DNA from: the human T2T-CHM13v2.0 reference genome, Homo sapiens
Assembly: GCF_009914755.1 (NCBI RefSeq)
Contig: NC_060925.1
Length of the DNA: 64,000 nucleotides
Direction: 5' to 3' (one strand)
Within the stretch, counting starts at the first letter, position 1. Every line of letters begins with the position of its first letter. Of this stretch, positions 56,087 to 64,000 are shown one piece after another. The notes under the pieces are model-generated. The model was not told where the DNA came from. It saw only the letters and a program-made list of their open reading frames with translations, and did no database searches. Both the position numbers and the translations under genes were made by a program.

Positions 56087-56669
56087 TAGCCAGGATGGTC
56101 TCGATCTCCTGACCTCGTGTTCCACCCGCCTCGGCCTCCCAAAGTGCTGGGATTACAAGCGTGAGCCACCGCGCCTGGCCGGAACTTTCTTTACCTGAAT
56201 GTCACTGCCCCCTGCTCTGACCCTCTCACCCACCCAATGTCCTCTCCTTGTCCTCAGCTCGTCTTCCTCCAGGCCATCATCCCCCTGGCTCTGACTGCAT
56301 TTCCTAAAGTGACTCTGACAATCTTGTTCTCACCTAATGGCATTCATTCATTCATTCATTCATTCTCTCAACAAGTATTTGTTGAATGGTTTCTATGGTG
56401 CCTGGCTCTGTTCCAAGCCACCAGGAACACAAAAAGATGAACAAAACAAAGTCCCTATCGTCATTTTACAAAACAAAATAAAAATCTCTTGTCTTTATAA
56501 ATTACCCAGTCCCTGGTATTCCTTTATAGCAGTACAAGAATGTACTAACAGGGGCTGGGCCTAGTGGCTCATGCCTGTAAACCCAGCACTTTGGGAGGCC
56601 GAGTGGGAGGATCATTTAAGGCCAGGAGTTCAAGGCCAGCCTGGGCAACATAGCGAGACCCTCTCTCTA

Positions 56670-56831
<162 letters not shown>

Positions 56832-57566
56832 CTATCCCAAAAAAAAAAAAAAAAAAAAAATTGGAATAACACATGTGGCACAAACTGACAAAGCCTCAGA
56901 CTGTGTCGCCTTCACCATGGGAAGTTCAGTGCCAAGCACAGGGTCTAGTGTATAATAGGTGCTTAATATGAGTTTCCTGGGTGAATGAGTAGCCTTTGAC
57001 CTTCTCTGTTGACTGGGTCCCACACTGTTGGGACAGCACAAACAACTTTACTTAAAGGTAGTTTCTGGGTACCAGTGCAACCCAGGCTGGCGACAGCAGG
57101 CGTAGAAGCAGGGCTAAGCTGGCTTCTTAGTCATGGCCAACACTTTCCTCCATTTTGGATTCTGTCTGTCCAGCCCCCAAGCTTAGCCTTTCCCAGACTG
57201 AATCTCTCTGCCTTCTAAGACACTGGAATGCTTCTTCCCCCACCCCATGACAGCTCTCACACTTGGCAAAGCCCAGTCACTGAAGTAGTTATGTCAGGTA
57301 GGCTGGGCCTTTTACTTAGTTCCTTCGAGTCTCTGAGCCTTTGGCTATTGCTAGCACAGTGGTGGGCCCATAATAGGTGCCCAGTAAGTATTTGTTAAAT
57401 GAATGAACAAACGAATGATGAATGAATGAGAGAGTGAATCAGGACTCAGTGAATCTGCAGCTCTACTGAGCTCTCTGCTGGTAAAGCTCTGGATTGATGT
57501 GTGTGTGTGTGACCTTGGCACTTCTGGGCCCTGGTTTACCTTGGAAATGAATAGGTTTGATGGAAC

Positions 57567-58165
57567 TGTCAGAGGCATTTGAACCAGGAACTCCATCTTG
57601 AATAGGGGCTGGGTAAAATAAGGCTGAGATCTACGGAGCTGCCTTCCCAGGAGGTTAAGGCATTCTTAGTCACAGGATGAGATACGACGTTGGCAGAAGA
57701 TACAGGTCATAAAGACCTCGCTGATAAAACAAGTTGTAGTAAAGAAGCCGGCCAAAACCCACCAAAACCAAGATGGCGATGAGAGTGACCTCTGGTCATC
57801 CTCAGTGCTACACTCCCACCAGCACCATGACAATTTAAACACAAATGCCATGGCAATGTCAGGAAGTTACCCTATATGGTCTAAAAAAGGGAGGAATCCT
57901 CAGTTCCAGGAATTGCCCACCCCTTTCCCAGAAAACTCATGAATAATCCATCCCTTGTTTAGCATATAATCAAGAAATAACCATAAAAATGGGCAACCAG
58001 CAGCCCTCAGGGATGCTCTACCTATGGAGTAGCCACTCTTTAATTCCTTTACTTTCTTAATAAACTTGCTTTCACTTTACTGTATGGATTCACCTCAAAT
58101 TCTTTCTTGTGCAAGATCCAGGAACCCTCTCTTGGCATCTGGATTGGGACCCCTTTCTGGTAACA
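57567..58165 (+). mobile_element. MER41 (ERV1) solo LTR with tandem GAS motifs
   Basis: Begins TGTCAGAGGCATTTGAACCAG...AACTCCATCTTGAATAGGGGCTGGGTAAAA and ends CCCCTTTCTGGTAACA. 4-bp TSD GAAC (57563-66 / 58166-69). AATAAA at 58059-64. TTCCAGGAA at 57904-12 and TTCCCAGAA at 57925-33. Confidence 0.92.
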
Positions 58166-60332
58166 GAACTAGCCCCATCCACCCGTGTCCATAGTGGCAT
58201 GCTGGACAGACAGGGAACATTGCCATGCTTGGCCTCCCCACCATGTACACACCCAGATTTTGATGAAACTCAAAAATTGTTGTGTGGAAAGCAAAGCCCT
58301 AAAATGATTTGCAACCATCACAATTGTTGACCCAGGAAATAGCAGCTCACTGTGGGTTGGGGCTTACAATCCTCAGTGCAAGAGCAAGACTTCCTTTTGT
58401 TCTCCTCAAGGAAGCAGATGGCAGAGCCTAGGGTGTGAATGACATTATTACAGGGATTCAAGTGTTCGTCTCTTTATCTAGTTAACGACTATTTATGGAG
58501 CATTTTCTAAGTCCTTGGCCCTGGGGATGCAACAATGAGCAAGAAGCCCTTTTGGAGCTTACATTCTGGTGGGAGAGACAGGAAGTTCAAAAATAAAGAT
58601 ACATATTAAATGAGAGGATCTCTGATAATAAGTGTCATGAAGGAAATCACCCAGTGCTGGGTTAGAGGGGGAAAGGGAAAGTGGGTTACCTTAGCAGGTT
58701 CCCAGAGCTTCACTGAAGAGTTTTATTTGAGCTGCAACTAGAGGATGAGAAGGAGCTGACCTTGCAAAAAGCAGAGGAAAGAGCACGGCAGGCGGAAGGA
58801 ACAGCATATGCAAAAAGCTGTGAGGGGGAAAAGGGATGGTTGGGAATCCTTTTTATTTTTCTAAACAAGCAAATCAATATGAAACTATAATTATTTAGTT
58901 ATTAGTAGTGCCAGATTAATTTTTTCATTCAGCAAAACAAGCCCCTACTGTGTAGCCAGCCCTGGTTTAGGCCCTGGGGACAAACAATGATGAATGAAAG
59001 CGACATTCTTGTCGCACAGGTCCTGGGCCTGGCACCCCATGGAGATGAGCTGGTCTGATGTTTGCAAAGGGCTCCCCAGCTTGGATCCTTGGGGAATCCA
59101 AATAAACCCTGCGGGTTCTGGCATCCCAGGCCTCCCTCCAGCCGGCTGGCGGCTCCAGGCCTCCATAGGCAGGCGGTTTCTCTGTTTCCTGCCTTTCCCT
59201 CCCCCACCCACCTGGGCACAGAGGGTCTTTCATCCATTGTTACTGCTTCCTGCCCATCCATCTCCAGCTGCTGGTCTGAACCCTGCAGATTTACACTGAC
59301 AAGCGGATGCTTTTACCAGGACCCTCGAGGGGGATAGGGAGGGGAGTGGTGTGGAGTGTTAGGGGGAGGGGGGGAAGGAGGACCAGAGCTCTGTGACAAG
59401 GAAGAGTTTCCTGCTCTGAAGAGGTGTTAGACCCTGAGGGCTGAGAGGACGGGAAGCAGGCCTCTGTCCCCAAAGCCTCCCTGACCACGCTGGGGGAGGG
59501 GGTGATTTATGACCCCTGACCTGGCAGGGCCTCCAGTCCCCTTGGACTGGGTTTGGGTTCAGCTACATCTTCCCTGGCTAAGGGATGCACTGGGCTTGGA
59601 GTCAGGAGACCTGGGTTTCCGTACCCTTTCCACCAACTATCAGCTGAGTGACTTAGGAAAGTTTCTTAGCCTCTCTGGGCCTCAGTTTCCTCACTGGACA
59701 GGGGGGTCTGATAACCCATGCCTAGCAGAGGTTATTGTGAAAATGAATATGATCATGTAGGATAGATGGTTGCAAAATACCATAAAATGAAGAGCATTTT
59801 CTCCCCTGGAGCTCTTTCTCCTTCTATCCAAAGAAGAAGGTTATAAGCTGGCTTCTGTTAAGGCAGACTTGATTTAGCACCTACTGTGTGCCAGCTGCTG
59901 TTTGGGGTATTGAGGATAAGGAGACACAAGTTCTTGCTCTTAAATGAGACAGACAAACGAACAGACATGCAGCATGCAATTGACTGCAGCATTTGGACAC
60001 AGTGGCCAAAAATGTGGCTCTGGAGCCAGGCTGCCTGGGTTCATTTCCCAGCTCTGCCACTTGCTGGTTGTGTGGTCTTAGGCAAATTATTTAACCTTTC
60101 TGCACCTCAGTTTCCAAAGTCTGTACAGTGGAGGCAATAATTGCCCACTGCATAAGATTGTTGTGAGGACGAAATTATTTAATACTTGTAAAGCATTTAG
60201 TTTATGCCTGTCATACAGAAAGTGCTCAATAAATAAAGTTATTATAGGTGCTGATGAAGTCAACATGGAGTGGGGAGGGCATGGCCAGCCAGTACTATAG
60301 ATGAGGAAGACTTTATGAGGAGCTGAGTCTTA

Positions 60333-60719
<387 letters not shown>

Positions 60720-62144
60720 TCACTTGAGGTCAGGAGAGTGCCTGTAGTCCCAGCTCCTTGGAAGGCTAAGGTGAGAGGATCACTTGAGCCCAGGAGGCGG
60801 AGGTTGCAGTGAGCCGAGATGGTGCCACGGCACTCCAGCCTGGGTGATGGAGCAAGACTCTGTCTCAAAAACAAACAAACAAACAACAACAGAAGAAACA
60901 TCACCATGTCTGTGAGCTGATTCATTCAGCTGGTGGTCTAGCTTCCGGCTTCATTCATCCACCAACTCTTCCGTGAGCATCTACATAGTGCAAGGCACGT
61001 TCCTCTCTGCTGGGGCTATAAAACAAAGCAGAGTTGGTCCCTGGCCCTGGAGCTCACCATTCATACGGGGAGGAAATGAGGAAATAACCTGTTTCATCAA
61101 ATGACCAGAGACTGCTACGGCCTCTGGAGCTGCCCCCAGGCAGATTCTCGGTGGTTTGCAGACTTCTCAAATGAACATGCCCCAAACCAGATTCCCACAC
61201 CCAACCCTCCTGCTTGCAGGTTCCCCTGATTAGGAAATGGCACCAACACCCTGCAGGCGCTCAGGCCAGAAACCTGTGTGTCCCCTCCAGTACCCTCCAC
61301 ACTAACCCACCACTCATCCCATCCATCTGCAGCTCCTGTGACTTTTGTTTCAAGGACATGTTTGTAATCCATCTTCTGTTCTCTCTGTTTTCCCATCTTA
61401 GTCCAGGCTGCCATCACTCCTGCCTGGATGCCACGTCGGTTGCCTAACTTGCCTTCTTGCGGCCTTTGCCTCTAATCCTTATCCCACACAGCAGTCAAGA
61501 ACAGGCTTCTTCAAGCCAGGCACAGTGGCTCACGCCTGTAATCCCAGCACTTTGGGAGGCCGAGGCGGGCAGATCACCTGAGGTCAGTAGTTCGAGACCA
61601 GCCTGGCCAACATGGTGAAACCCTGTCTCTACTAAAAATACAAAAATTAGCTGGGCGTGGTGGCGGGCGCCTGTAATCCTAGTTACTCCGGAGGCTGAGG
61701 CAGGCGAATTGCCTAAGCCCTGGAGGCGGAGGTTTGCAGTGAACAGAGTTGGAGCTACTGCACTCCAGCCCAGGCGACAGAGCAAGACTCCATCTCAAAA
61801 AAAAAAAAAAAAAAGAACAGGCTTCTTCAAAGGCAAACCACATCCCCCAGTTTCACTGCTGAAAACCTTGCTTCAGTAGCTTCCCACCGCTCTGGAATCA
61901 AACCAGAAGCCTATGCACATCCTTAAAGCCAGCACACATCTGGCCTTGCCCTCTTCCAGCCTCCTCCTGCACGTCTACACCCTTTTCCCCATGTGCGCTG
62001 GCTTTTTAGTTTCTTGAGCCACCAAACTCACTCTCCTGGAGATGCTCTTCCGCTCTTTCTTTGCTGGGCTGGCTTCTTCTCACCCTTCCGGTCTCAGCTT
62101 ATATCTTCCCTCCTTCCAGAGGCTTCCCTGCCCATCCCAGCTAA

Positions 62145-62483
<339 letters not shown>

Positions 62484-63640
62484 TAATTATTTTATTTGTT
62501 GACTTTTATGTCTGTCTACCCCCTCTAGAGATCAGGAGCGCCTAAATGCAGCATCCAGGCCTGTCTTGTTCCTTAGGGTTCCTACAGCCGACAGCCTACT
62601 AGCCTCCAGCCTCCAGCCTCCAGTGCCTGCCAGAACTGGCCCTCTGTTCATGTTGCCAAATACTGAGACTCGATGGGTCCAGACCACTCTGTTCAGTCAC
62701 CCGCAGTGACTCCCAGCTCCCCTTTTGCTCACCCAGAATCACGCTCTCTCCTCTCCCCAGCCTCAGTGGAATAACTTGTGGGTTATCTTGTCATTTATCA
62801 ATCTCTAATAAAAGCCAGATTATATTTAGAACAGGTGAAAGCAACGATCTAACATCTCTGAGAGGATTTTCCACTCCCATCTGCCTTTCTACTACAATTT
62901 GGTTTCCTGTGGTGGTTGCAGAGACTGCCGAGCCAGCCAGCTTTGTTATTCTGGGGTGCAGAAAAGAGCCTCAAAAGAAAGCCAAGCCCCTCTTCTTCCA
63001 CCCTGCACAGAGAAAGAAATGAGGTGTCTAGTGCATGCGCCTGGTGTACAGTGGGAAGCCTGGGATGAGGCCTTGTGCTCATTTGCTGTGTGACCTTTCC
63101 CTCTCTGAGCCTCAGTTACCCACCTGTAAAAGGAAGGGGTTGGAGCATTAATTACTAAAGGCCTGTGACAGCTAAGATTTGGATGGCACCATGAGCCAAC
63201 GGTTCTTTTACACTCCTGGGCATCGGTTATATGGCAGTCCCAGTTCTTTCTATGAAATGAAATGTAGTTGATGCCTTTTTTAGTGTATGTGCAGATGCAT
63301 GCAAATTAACACAAAATAAGAACCCCAGAGGCTCTCGTTCACAGGACCAAGGTCTGGCCAGACCTGGGATGAAAGAAGAAATGTAGTTCATGTTTCCAAC
63401 ACTGCTTGGTGTCTTTCCCAACATCCCACTCTACAGAGAGGAAACTGAGGAGGGAAAGTGACTTGCCTGAGGCCATGCAGCAAGACACTGACAAAGTACA
63501 ATTAGCAGCCAGGTCTCCTTTCTAGCACTTTCCTTACCTCATCTTCCTGCCGTTTAGCCATAGGCCTGGGGATAGGAACCTAGCTCTAAGGAAAGTTTGT
63601 CCTCTAGTTGACACAAAGTGAACTTGGATAAGCTTCCTAA

Positions 63641-63826
<186 letters not shown>

Positions 63827-64000
63827 TAGAGATGAGGTCTCACTATGTTCCCCAGGCTGGTCTCAAACTCCTGGGCTTAAGCAATCTTCCCAGAGTGCTA
63901 GGGTTACAGGCGTGAGCCACCACACCCAGCCCCCAAATACTCTGTCTTTGGAGCAGGGAGAGGTGAGTTATTTTGGTTATGTGATTGGGGGGATGAATCA

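Overview
Human (hominid) genomic DNA, Alu-dense and euchromatic. It contains one complete protein-coding gene, ID3 (inhibitor of DNA binding 3, HLH), on the minus strand at ~18500-20065. ID3 has three exons, a CDS of 19995-19696 + 19588-19529 (119 aa, Ala105 allele) and a 107-bp retainable intron giving the 160-aa Id3L form. From memory this is the 1p36.12 interval between E2F2 and MDS2. The rest is intergenic regulatory sequence: two gene-less CpG islands flanking ID3 (~15.0-15.8 kb and ~28.5-29.2 kb), roughly 55-60 Alu copies, MIR/L2/L1 fragments, hAT MITEs (MER20, MER5A, MER33, MER102-like) and solo LTRs (two MLT1, one MER74-like, and a MER41 with intact tandem STAT/GAS sites). The most striking pattern is four co-oriented bipartite Smad1/5-Smad4 elements (GRCGCC-N5-GTCTG) within 7.6 kb bracketing ID3. 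Two correspond to known BMP enhancers (-3 kb and intron 2). The other two (proximal -0.5 kb and the 3' CpG island) I cannot recall being described. All four sit inside a ~10-kb Alu-free zone. No new coding gene, RNA gene, CRISPR array or prokaryote-type system is supported. Almost all ORFs in the supplied track are Alu or GC-content artefacts. Repeat subfamily names and boundaries were assigned by eye and are approximate.
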